A stretch of 32,000 nt of DNA from Pseudomonas phage phiKZ: the sequence record NC_004629.1; one strand, written 5' to 3'. Position 1 is the stretch's first letter; each line of letters begins with the position of its first letter. The notes beneath the pieces are model-generated. The model saw only the letters and a list, made by a program, of their open reading frames with translations. It was not told the origin of the DNA and did not search any database. This document shows positions 1 through 8,717 of the stretch, piece by piece. Made by a program: the position numbers and the translations under genes.

Positions 1-5
1 CTAAC

Positions 6-1280
6 ATGCGTATCTATTTTAATAGTGAAACTGTTATTGTAGAGCGCCAACGACCAACTGAGTTCGGTGTAGTCAAACAAGCACATATCCTAGGTTCTAA
101 CCAGATCCTTGCACCCGTTGATATCATGAGTGATATTACTATCCCTCAGAACGGGTTTAGCATGTATACTGGAACTTCATCATATCTTCAACGACCGGAA
201 GATGTTTTCCAGATCCAGCAAACGATGCAAGTAGCTAAACGCATTGAATCAACTGGACTACATCAAGGCGTATTTGACCGGATCATTGATCAACGCTCCA
301 GTGTTGGTGAAGCAGGTACTTTCCAATATTCAAATCGCCGCGATACTTCTCCTACTCGTTATCTATCTAGTACTCTTAATGCATGGCAGCATTCTGTTAA
401 AGAAGCTGAGATGGCTAATAATGATAACGATAATATCTTTGGAGGTGTCTCTGATGAAGTGATGCTAGGTGATGCATCTGCTGTACTTCGAAATCAAGAT
501 ATCCATTCCAATATGTTCATGCGCATTCTAAAAGAACGCTGCAATTACATGGAACGTGGCTTTGTTACACTGGCTGACCTACAACGAGTATTCCCTGAAC
601 TACTGGTTGATGGTGTAGTTAAAGCTGGTATGGATAATGGTAATTCTCAACGCTTCGTTAACCGAGCAGAGCATTCCATGCATTGGGGTGGTGCAGATCA
701 TCACACTGTTGCAGCATCGCTACTTGCACAAGTAGTTCCAGCAATCATGATGGATAACTATTTCCGGGTAACCTCCTTTGCAATTACAAATGGACATGGA
801 GCTAATAACTATCTATTCGAAATGCATCCAAATGGTACCAGGAGTATCATGGATGGAATTGATATGACTCCACAGATCAATGACTTTGAACGTCGTCTTA
901 TTACCGATGCGATTAACAGTATCTCTTATGGTAACCAGATTCCGTTTAAAATCTCCATGCACTCTGACTTAGCTGGTGATACTGTTATTGATATCAGTCT
1001 AAATCATGAATCGGTAGAACGATTCATCGCACCGACCTTCATTGATAGTCTGTTTAGTCCAGTCATCACTCGGGATGCATCAGCACCGGCTATGATCTCT
1101 AATGACCTTACCTATCTTGTTAAGAATGTTATCCCCACTAAGACTCAACAAAACATTCTAAACAGTAGTGGTCAGCCGGTTAACATGCAACCGTATCAGC
1201 ATCCTGTAGCTCAACCTGCTCAAATCAATCCTAAATTTGGTGATAACAATGCCTACGATTTCTCTTTCCAAGTTCTATAG
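6..1280 (+). CDS. Conserved phiKZ-like phage protein, possibly a non-virion RNAP-associated subunit (position upstream of the beta/beta' genes)
   Basis: 424-codon ORF, dense in-strand neighbour of the RNAP genes. No diagnostic motif seen; the functional suggestion is from synteny only. Confidence 0.45.
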   Translation: MRIYFNSETVIVERQRPTEFGVVKQAHILGSNQILAPVDIMSDITIPQNGFSMYTGTSSYLQRPEDVFQIQQTMQVAKRIESTGLHQGVFDRIIDQRSSVGEAGTFQYSNRRDTSPTRYLSSTLNAWQHSVKEAEMANNDNDNIFGGVSDEVMLGDASAVLRNQDIHSNMFMRILKERCNYMERGFVTLADLQRVFPELLVDGVVKAGMDNGNSQRFVNRAEHSMHWGGADHHTVAASLLAQVVPAIMMDNYFRVTSFAITNGHGANNYLFEMHPNGTRSIMDGIDMTPQINDFERRLITDAINSISYGNQIPFKISMHSDLAGDTVIDISLNHESVERFIAPTFIDSLFSPVITRDASAPAMISNDLTYLVKNVIPTKTQQNILNSSGQPVNMQPYQHPVAQPAQINPKFGDNNAYDFSFQVL

Positions 1281-2628
1281 TGATCAAGTATTACCTGCTT
1301 TCCGATACAAAGTAGGTGAAGAGGATATGATCAGTATTCTCGATCCACTTGGTCGACCTGCACCTGCAAAGGTAGATGGTAAGCGACTAGTGGTACCTAC
1401 TAAAGATTGGCTTCGTAAAGGGCTAGGCGATGATTACATCGCCTTCCACCCGCTATCTGAAAAGATCTCTCGGCTAGGTACTTCTCAAGTACTACAGCAT
1501 ATGCAGCGTCAAGTTAAGGCTAATCTAATGTTTACTGTGAAGTATCTTACTTCACGTATTTTAGAAGTAGCTGCCGACTCCACTCTGCATAAAGACATTC
1601 CGCCAGAATGTTCAGACTTCCTAAAGAAACTATCCGGTGCTAAGCCAGATACCATTGAGTGGTTTAATAAGGTTGTCAAAGCTGCTGAAAAACGCTCACG
1701 TTTTGTAAGCGTGTATCTAAAAGCAAATGGTAAATTTGATGGGAAGACAGTTAACCGTATCTGCGTTATTCGGTTCCCTATCGTAGAGGATCTTTATTCT
1801 AAAGATGATATCCTTGGAGTAAATGTACCTAAGAAACAGCGGCCAGTTCTAATTGAACTATTTAAACTGGTTGTACCATTTGGTGATTCACCAACTGAAT
1901 ATTCAGCAGGAACTGTTGAGCGGGTAGCACCTTATTTTGTATGTCTTATCCAGGCATTTAACAAAATCACTACTCAACTAAATAGTGTTATTGATAAGTA
2001 TCGCCTGATCTTCGATGATGCTATTCAACCTTATTCAAAAGTTGATGAGAAGGTGATTGCTGATTTTGCAAAGATGCAACGTGAGATCCCCTCTCTTGAT
2101 GGTAATGAAGGAGTCAGCAATGAAGTAGAAGAAGAAGCTTCTGAAACTGTAAACCCAGTTGCCCAAATTCCTGTCCAGAAAAAGGATAGTGTAGTTAAAG
2201 TGGGTAATACTGCTAAAGAACAAACTACTTCTACACGTGTACCAGTAGGCACAACTGTGAATGTTAATCCATCCATGAGTCAAGCTGTAGCAATGACTCA
2301 GGCACCTCAACGTCCCGCACAACAAGTTCAAACTAGCAATAAAGCATCTATCCAAGATCTTCTAAATGCTGGGCAGAAAAACCAATTTGCTCAACCAGGA
2401 ATGATGCAACAACCTGTTATGATGAACAATAACTTTGCAATGCCTGGGATGATGCAGCCGCAGCAACCAATGATGGCTAATATGCATCCGCAAATGATGC
2501 AACTCATGGGCAATCAAATGCCGATGGGTGGTGGATTTGCGCAAGCACTAAACCCCGCTCTAGCTGGTAATGGTAACACCGCGATGATGAATCTAGGTGG
2601 AAACCAAATGATGGGGCGTCTACTGTAA
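1249..2628 (+). CDS. Hypothetical phage protein with Met/Gln/Asn/Pro-rich disordered C-terminal tail
   Basis: Open frame 1237-2628. ATG at 1249 (MPTISLSKFYSDQVLPAFRYKVGEEDM) looks like the better start, overlapping the previous gene by about 30 nt. Tail GMMQQPVMMNNNFAMPGMMQPQQPMMANMHPQMMQLMGNQMPMGGG. Confidence 0.75.
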   Translation: MPTISLSKFYSDQVLPAFRYKVGEEDMISILDPLGRPAPAKVDGKRLVVPTKDWLRKGLGDDYIAFHPLSEKISRLGTSQVLQHMQRQVKANLMFTVKYLTSRILEVAADSTLHKDIPPECSDFLKKLSGAKPDTIEWFNKVVKAAEKRSRFVSVYLKANGKFDGKTVNRICVIRFPIVEDLYSKDDILGVNVPKKQRPVLIELFKLVVPFGDSPTEYSAGTVERVAPYFVCLIQAFNKITTQLNSVIDKYRLIFDDAIQPYSKVDEKVIADFAKMQREIPSLDGNEGVSNEVEEEASETVNPVAQIPVQKKDSVVKVGNTAKEQTTSTRVPVGTTVNVNPSMSQAVAMTQAPQRPAQQVQTSNKASIQDLLNAGQKNQFAQPGMMQQPVMMNNNFAMPGMMQPQQPMMANMHPQMMQLMGNQMPMGGGFAQALNPALAGNGNTAMMNLGGNQMMGRLL

Positions 2629-2639
2629 TACGGCATAAA

Positions 2640-2663
2640 CCAGGGGGCCTAAGGGTCCCCTGG
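2640..2663 (+). terminator. Intrinsic-terminator-like hairpin between convergent genes
   Basis: CCAGGGG(gcctaagggt)CCCCTGG right after the 2628 stop; it sits between the + gene ending 2628 and the - gene ending 2670. Confidence 0.6.
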
Positions 2664-2669
2664 CTTGCT

Positions 2670-3044
2670 TTAAAACTTTTTAGTTTGATATAGGCTAACG
2701 AGGTGCTGAATCATGTCGTTATTCGGTATGATTAAATAGCTGGTGTAATCATTAGCTGAAGGATCCCTTAGAACTTTACCAAAATCATAAGGGCTAACTA
2801 AACCATTAACACGCATTTGAATCCACCACATATCGGGATTGACACGGCGTTCTGCCATGTATCCATAAAAGTTTCCTTCGAACTGGTAATACAATTCAGG
2901 TGGAATCTGAATACGTGTGGATCTGACATTACGTAAGATATTCAAATGAGTCTCAATAATTAATCTGAACCCTGGTTCATAATAAACAGATTCACCTGAA
3001 TCTGGCTGATTAGCTAACAGTGTGAATGCCATAATAAATTCCAA
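2670..3044 (-). CDS. Small hypothetical protein (124 aa)
   Basis: Complete ORF on the opposite strand, filling the only gap between two + strand genes, bounded by a hairpin on its 3' side. Confidence 0.6.
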   Translation of the reverse strand: MEFIMAFTLLANQPDSGESVYYEPGFRLIIETHLNILRNVRSTRIQIPPELYYQFEGNFYGYMAERRVNPDMWWIQMRVNGLVSPYDFGKVLRDPSANDYTSYLIIPNNDMIQHLVSLYQTKKF

Positions 3045-3100
3045 TAAATTTTATTTAAGATCTATATCATAGTTTTACAATTACCCAAAAGGAGGTAGTG

Positions 3101-3271
3101 ATGAATTATGGTAATAACCATAGACACACTCAAGAAACTGTAATAGACCAACAAAAAGATTATAGATATCCACAATTTACTGAGCACAATGTGCAGATAG
3201 ATCCATATGATCGTTTCTACATTGGTGGCGTCCGTGGTATGATGTTTTTAGATGAAGTAAAAAAGAGGTGA
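3101..3271 (+). CDS. Small hypothetical protein (56 aa) directly upstream of the RNAP beta gene
   Basis: ATG preceded by strong Shine-Dalgarno AAAAGGAGGTAGTG; stop at 3271 is 3 nt before the next ATG (3275). Translation MNYGNNHRHTQETVIDQQKDYRYPQFTEHNVQIDPYDRFYIGGVRGMMFLDEVKKR. Confidence 0.65.
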   Translation: MNYGNNHRHTQETVIDQQKDYRYPQFTEHNVQIDPYDRFYIGGVRGMMFLDEVKKR

Positions 3272-3274
3272 AGT

Positions 3275-4456
3275 ATGTCTCAACTAGGTAGACGTGAAAT
3301 TGATCTAACTTTACTAGGTCATACTGGTTTAGATCCTTGGTATGGCACTACCTCATCTGCACGGGGTGCTATGTTTGTAACACACATTGGACAAGCACCA
3401 GAAGTAAATGGAAATGAATCGCGTTATTTCCTAACGGGTGCTGAATTAGAGTATGCCAAGTATACACATGATGTTCGTTTTCCTGAGGATTGTCGTGTAC
3501 TACATGTTCTTAGAAAATATCCAACGGGTATTGGTAAAGACAGTATTAGATCTAACCCGGTAACAACTATTATCTACGAAAACTATTTTGACAAATATAA
3601 AACTATTGGTGTCCTACATGTTCCCGAATACATGAGCCATCACCAAGACTTTGGTTATGAACTTGTAAAGAACCGAGAAGTGTGGGAAACCATTGCTCCA
3701 AATGAAATGTTCTCTAAAGACACAGTAATTGCACAGTCTGGTGCAGTTAAGAAAGATGGTACTTTAGGGATGGGTGTTAATGCTAATGTTGTATTCCTAT
3801 CTGCCGCAGGTACTATTGAAGATGGATTCGTAGCTAATAAGAATTTCCTTAAAAGGATGATGCCAACTAGTTATAGCACGGCTGTAGCTAATGCTGGTAG
3901 GAAAGCTTTCTTCTTAAACATGTATGGCGATGATAAGATCTATAAACCATTTCCAGACATTGGCGATGTTATCCGACCAGATGGTGTAATCTTCGCCATC
4001 CGTGACCATGATGATGATCTAGCTCCTGCCGAGATGACTCCTAGGGCACTTCGTACACTAGATAGGACTTTCGACAGAGCTGTTATTGGCACGCCTGGTG
4101 CAAAGGTTATTGATATTGATATCTGGCGTGATGAGCGTGTAAATCCATCACCTACTCCAACAGGAATGGATGCGCAATTAGTTAAATATCATACTCATCT
4201 TAGCAGTTATTATCGAGAACTATTAAAGATCTATCGTGGTCTATTAGCGCGTCGTAAAGATGATCTACATATCACTGAGGAATTTGAACGTCTTATTGTA
4301 ACCGCACAAATGTTCCTACCTCAACCTGATAATGTCCGTAAACTATCTCGATTCTATCGGCTAGACCCACTAGATGAATGGCGAGTCGAAGTAACTTACA
4401 AAGCTCAGAAGATGCCAGCTGGTGCTTTCAAGATGACTGATTTTCATGGTGGTAAT
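3275..4456 (+). CDS. RNA polymerase beta-subunit-like protein (non-virion RNAP type), exon 1
   Basis: Beta-like region ...KYKTIGVLHVPEYMSHHQDFGYELV... ending ...VTYKAQKMPAGAFKMTDFHGGN, resembling the start of the conserved beta 'K..VGDKMAGRHGNKGV' motif. The reading frame stops immediately after N, at the inferred intron boundary. Confidence 0.85.
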
Positions 4457-5671
4457 TAATATCCATCCATCTCTTGGGAGATGCGATGAATGAAGAGTTT
4501 AAAGTAATACCAGGTTATGAAGGATATGCGGTAACCAAATGCGGTGTGATTAAGTCTATAGAAAGAGATTTGATTTTATCCACATTTATGTTAGATGGTT
4601 ATCGTGCAGTCAGTACCTTTCGTGGATCACTGACTAAAACGTTACCTGTCCATCGAGCGATTGCATTAGCTTGGATAAATAATGATTCACCTGATACGTT
4701 GACAGTGGTTAACCATAAAGATGGAGATCCACTTAATAACGATCTTGAGAATCTTGAATGGACAGATTATTCGGGTAACAACTACCATGCGGTTAACAAT
4801 GGATTAAGACGTGATCCAATTGCTTGCTATACACGGTGCTTCTTCACCAAACAAGTAATGGCATTTAATTCAATTGCACAAGCATGTGTACATATGGGTC
4901 TTCCAAAAGACACACCATTTGCAATGTTGAAGCCTAAGATGTTCGGTAAGTTGATAGCTGGTAAGTTCGAATTTAAATATGCTAATGAAACGGATCCTTG
5001 GTTTTATGAGCATCGAACCGAACTAGTAAAACCATCACGTTATATGGTGACAGTTATCAACCCAGATGGCTATGCCGAGGAAATCTATTCCAACGCAGCT
5101 TTCTTGAAAGCTTACCAACTTTACGATAGTCCCTATGGGAGATCGATTCCTGGTCTTGCAAAGTACGCAACTGAAAAATACCCAGCTTATGAATTTGTGG
5201 TGAGAGACTCGTATACAGAGGAGCGGTATCGAGTACACAGATCAACAGCTGGTAGTCAGCGACAATTTGTTCAAGCACTCAAGAATAAAGAGTGCATTGG
5301 GTTTAACTCGCTAACTAGTTGCGCAAAACACTTCAATGTAGACCGTTCAGTTATTAAGCATCGGATAAAATCCGGTGAAAATCTGGATGGATGGATATTT
5401 TCAAATTGCCTGCTTGATCTCGAAAGAGTCAAGTAAATCCTCTCTAATTGCTGGGACATCTCAATGAGACAATCAGCAGCGAAGCTTTCCAGAAATGGAT
5501 TGAACGTTCAACGACTATCCGGTTACGCGGAGTACACTCAAGCGAGTGGAAATGGGAGGGACCTGACCACCTAGGGTGAAGGTTAAGATATAGTCTGGTC
5601 TGCATGGTGACATGCAGCTGCCTGCAATACGAGAGGCGGGGTAAGCGTAGCGAACTTACCTGAACATAACG
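4457..5671 (+). other. Group I (IA-type) self-splicing intron, inferred boundaries
   Basis: 5' boundary after U4456 (GGTGGTAAT|TAATATCC). P-like AATTGCTGGGAC near 5440-5455, Q-like AATCAGCAGCGAAG 5471-5484, R GTTCAACGACTA about 5506-5517, S AAGATATAGTC 5585-5595; P7 pairing GACTA (5513-5517)/TAGTC (5591-5595); terminal G at 5671. Joining exons restores DFHGGN|KGVICKVMEDEDMPIDENG in frame. Confidence 0.87.
4486..5436 (+). CDS. HNH-family intron-encoded homing endonuclease
   Basis: NUMOD4/HNH-like start (EFKVIPGYEGYAVTKCGVIKS... VHRAIALAWINN... VVNHKDGDPLNNDLENLEWTDYSGNNYHAV) and a C-terminal helix-turn-helix-like NUMOD1/IENR1-style segment (FNSLTSCAKHFNVDRSVIKHRIKSG). ATG 4486 follows SD GGGAG; the track ORF starts at TTG 4474. 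Confidence 0.9.
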   Translation: MNEEFKVIPGYEGYAVTKCGVIKSIERDLILSTFMLDGYRAVSTFRGSLTKTLPVHRAIALAWINNDSPDTLTVVNHKDGDPLNNDLENLEWTDYSGNNYHAVNNGLRRDPIACYTRCFFTKQVMAFNSIAQACVHMGLPKDTPFAMLKPKMFGKLIAGKFEFKYANETDPWFYEHRTELVKPSRYMVTVINPDGYAEEIYSNAAFLKAYQLYDSPYGRSIPGLAKYATEKYPAYEFVVRDSYTEERYRVHRSTAGSQRQFVQALKNKECIGFNSLTSCAKHFNVDRSVIKHRIKSGENLDGWIFSNCLLDLERVK

Positions 5672-6595
5672 AAGGGCGTCATCTGTAAGGTAATGGAAGA
5701 TGAAGATATGCCTATTGACGAAAATGGTAATAGGGCAGATCTAATTATCTTTGGTGGTTCAACCATGCGTCGTTCAAATTATGGTCGAATTTATGAACAT
5801 GGTTTTGGCGCAGCTGCACGGGATCTAGCTCAACGCCTACGCGTTGAAGCTGGATTAGATCGACATGCCAAACCAACCCAGCAACAACTAAATAGTGTAA
5901 TGGGCAACACACAATGGGTTGATTATGCATTTAAAGAACTATTAGGTTTCTATGAGATCATTGCTCCAACAATGCATAGTAAAATGATGGAACACCCAAA
6001 TCCAGCAGAACATGTTAAAACAGTACTAATGGATGGGTTCCCATATATCTACGCACCAGTTGATGATCCAGTGGATCTAATGGCAGCAGTCAACAAATTA
6101 ATTAATAGCGATAAGTATCGACCACACTATGGGAAGGTATCTTATCGAGATCAAGCTGGTAAGTGGGTAACAACTAAAGATAATGTCTTAATGGGTCCAC
6201 TTTACATGATGCTACTAGAAAAGATTGGTGAAGACTGGTCAGCAGCAGCATCTGTAAAAACACAACCATTTGGTCTACCTTCTAAGTTAAACAATGCTGA
6301 TAGGGCTAGCACTCCTGGTCGAGAAACAGCTATCCGGTCATTCGGTGAATCTGAAACTCGGTCATATAACTGTACAGTTGGTCCAGGTCCGACTGCTGAA
6401 ATCTTAGACCAAACTAATAACCCATTGGCGCATGCTGCGGTTATCGAGTCTTGGCTAACAGCAGAAAAACCTTCATCTGTACCAGTTGCAGTTGATCGTG
6501 AAAAGATTCCATTTGGTGGATCTCGCCCAGTAGCTATGTTTGATCACCTGCTTGAATGTAGTGGTATTGCATTAGAATATGCCCCTGATCATTGA
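5672..6595 (+). CDS. RNA polymerase beta-subunit-like protein (non-virion RNAP type), exon 2; spliced product 701 aa
   Basis: KGVICKVMEDEDMPIDENGNRADLIIFGGSTMRRSNYGRIYEHGF... corresponds to beta 'NKGVIS.ILP.EDMP..edG...DIilNP...pSRmNiGqi.E'. In frame with the track ORF starting 5693; ends in the beta C-terminal region. Confidence 0.85.
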   Translation, partial: KGVICKVMEDEDMPIDENGNRADLIIFGGSTMRRSNYGRIYEHGFGAAARDLAQRLRVEAGLDRHAKPTQQQLNSVMGNTQWVDYAFKELLGFYEIIAPTMHSKMMEHPNPAEHVKTVLMDGFPYIYAPVDDPVDLMAAVNKLINSDKYRPHYGKVSYRDQAGKWVTTKDNVLMGPLYMMLLEKIGEDWSAAASVKTQPFGLPSKLNNADRASTPGRETAIRSFGESETRSYNCTVGPGPTAEILDQTNNPLAHAAVIESWLTAEKPSSVPVAVDREKIPFGGSRPVAMFDHLLECSGIALEYAPDH

Positions 6596-6625
6596 TCAGG
6601 GGTTTAATAATACAAGAGGTAAATA

Positions 6626-8659
6626 ATGAATCTTAATCGTTATAAAGCGCGTGATCTTCTAAATCTAAGTTATGATGATTTATGGTCACTCCCTTCAGAA
6701 TGGCATCTAATCGAATTTGATGATGGTAAAACGGTTGTGTCAGTTGACCGTATTACCAAATTATCCGTTCTGTGTTGGTATCCTCTTAAACATTATAAAG
6801 ATTGCCCAATTCCATCTGATCACCATATCGATTTCAATCGCATCTTAACTGATAACCCTAAAGATTATCTAAATGTTGAAGGTGGCCGAGTAACATCTAA
6901 AGCCATGGTCAAGCATTTAAATAAGGCTATTTGGAACATCTATGATTGGTCAGGTGAAACAGTAGATCCTGAAGTACTATCTAAACTGGCTATTGAAGGT
7001 AAGAACTGGCTGTATAATCAGACCACTGTAAAACTGTCTGAATATCTAGCGACCTTGTCAATGTTTGATATTGCTGAAGTATATAATCATCCCAAGGTAC
7101 GTGAGGCTAACCATAATATCGAACCAACTACTTATGGTATCGAAAAAATTAGTTATGGTAAAGTCAAAGAAGTATTTAATGATCCTACCCAATTCATTGG
7201 TAATAGCATCATTGAAGGTCTTCGTTCTGGTACTCAGAAAACTGAACAGCTTCTACAGGCATTTGCTTGGCGGGGCTTTCCAACTGATATTAACTCAGAC
7301 ATCTTTAAATATCCAGTAACGACTGGCTATATTGATGGTATTTGGAATCTGTATGAGAATATGATTGAATCTCGTTCAGGTACTAAAGCACTACTATATA
7401 ACAAAGAACTACTGCGAGTAACTGAATACTTTAACCGGAAATCTCAACTTATTGCACAATATGTCCAAAGGCTACATCCTGGTGATTGTAAGACTACAAT
7501 CTTAGCTGAGTATCCTGTAACTAAGTTAACTTTAAAAGCATTCAAAGGAAAATATTATCAAAAAGAAGATGGTAAACTAGACTGGATCCGTGGAAATGAA
7601 ACACACCTAATTGGAACTAAACAGAAATTCAGGTCTGTATTTGGATGTAATCATCCAGATAGTCAGGGTATCTGTATGACTTGTTATGGCCGACTAGGTA
7701 TCAATATTCCAAAAGGAACTAATATCGGTCAGGTTGCTGCCGTATCGATGGGTGACAAAATTACTTCAGCAGTATTGTCTACTAAACACACCGATGCGTC
7801 TTCTGCTGTAGAACAATATAAACTTGGCAAAATTGAAAGTAATTATTTAAGAACAGGTGAAATCCCAGAGACATTATATCTAAAGAAAGAACTTACTCAG
7901 AAGGATTATCGTTTAGTAATCGCACGGTCAGAGGCAGAAAACCTTGCTGACATTTTAATGATTGATGACCTTACTGCATATCCAGCTACTTCAGCTACTG
8001 AACTAACCAGCCTGGCCCTAGTCTATGATGATGAGGTGAATGGTGAGTGTGGCGATGTTCTGACAGTATCACTGTATAACCGTAGGGCTAGTCTATCTAT
8101 TGAAATGCTAAAGCATATTAAGATGGTCCGTTGGGAACTAGATCAGCGAGACAATATCGTCATTAGTCTTCGTGGTTTTGATTTTAACCTACCATTCTTG
8201 ACGCTACCAAATAAGCACGTAAACATGTATGAAGTAATGAAACGATTCCAAAGTTTCTTACATTCCGGTAGTGACTCAGCCGAGGCAGGTAAACTAAGCA
8301 CTGAGAAAGTTGGATATACATCTAAAACGTATCTTAAAAACTACAAGTCACCAATTGAAGCACTACCTGTATTTGCAACAATGGCTAATGAAAAGATTAG
8401 CCTTAATATTTCCCATTGTGAGATCTTGATATACGCTATGATGATCCGTTCAGCTCAATATCGAGACTATCGCTTACCTAAACCCGGTATTAATGGCCAA
8501 TTTGAAAAATATAATAGGCTAATGCAATGTCGTAGTTTAGGTGGTGCGATGGCTTTCGAAAAGCAGCATGAGCCACTAAATAACCCAGGCAGTTTCCTTA
8601 ACAAGATGAGGAATGACCATCCATATGACTTACTAGTTAAAGGTGGTAAACTGCGATAG
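6626..8659 (+). CDS. RNA polymerase beta'-subunit C-terminal-like protein (non-virion RNAP type)
   Basis: 677 aa; C...C..C zinc-type element SVFGCNHPDSQGICMTCYGRLG followed by IGQVAAVSMGDKITSAVLSTKHTDAS, equivalent to beta' 'GiiAaqSIGEPgTQLTmrTfH'. Directly downstream of the beta gene. Confidence 0.88.
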   Translation: MNLNRYKARDLLNLSYDDLWSLPSEWHLIEFDDGKTVVSVDRITKLSVLCWYPLKHYKDCPIPSDHHIDFNRILTDNPKDYLNVEGGRVTSKAMVKHLNKAIWNIYDWSGETVDPEVLSKLAIEGKNWLYNQTTVKLSEYLATLSMFDIAEVYNHPKVREANHNIEPTTYGIEKISYGKVKEVFNDPTQFIGNSIIEGLRSGTQKTEQLLQAFAWRGFPTDINSDIFKYPVTTGYIDGIWNLYENMIESRSGTKALLYNKELLRVTEYFNRKSQLIAQYVQRLHPGDCKTTILAEYPVTKLTLKAFKGKYYQKEDGKLDWIRGNETHLIGTKQKFRSVFGCNHPDSQGICMTCYGRLGINIPKGTNIGQVAAVSMGDKITSAVLSTKHTDASSAVEQYKLGKIESNYLRTGEIPETLYLKKELTQKDYRLVIARSEAENLADILMIDDLTAYPATSATELTSLALVYDDEVNGECGDVLTVSLYNRRASLSIEMLKHIKMVRWELDQRDNIVISLRGFDFNLPFLTLPNKHVNMYEVMKRFQSFLHSGSDSAEAGKLSTEKVGYTSKTYLKNYKSPIEALPVFATMANEKISLNISHCEILIYAMMIRSAQYRDYRLPKPGINGQFEKYNRLMQCRSLGGAMAFEKQHEPLNNPGSFLNKMRNDHPYDLLVKGGKLR

Positions 8660-8679
8660 ACGTGGAGGACGTGAGGTTT

Positions 8680-8696
8680 GGGGAGCACTGCTCCCC
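8680..8696 (+). promoter_or_regulatory. Stable hairpin between beta' gene and helicase gene (terminator or attenuator candidate)
   Basis: GGGGAGC(act)GCTCCCC, then a T-run 8711-8717 located just before an ATG. Confidence 0.45.
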
Positions 8697-8717
8697 TTAC
8701 CGATCGTTGATTTTTTT

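Noticed and set aside
2031-2355. Two minus-strand ORFs (81 and 106 aa) opposite ORF 1249-2628
   Set aside because: Antisense to coding sequence, overlapping each other, no independent support.
5693-6595. 300-aa ORF as a separate protein starting at 5693
   Set aside because: The residues just before the ATG (KGVICKV) continue the conserved beta motif and join in frame to 4456, so this is exon 2 rather than a free-standing gene.
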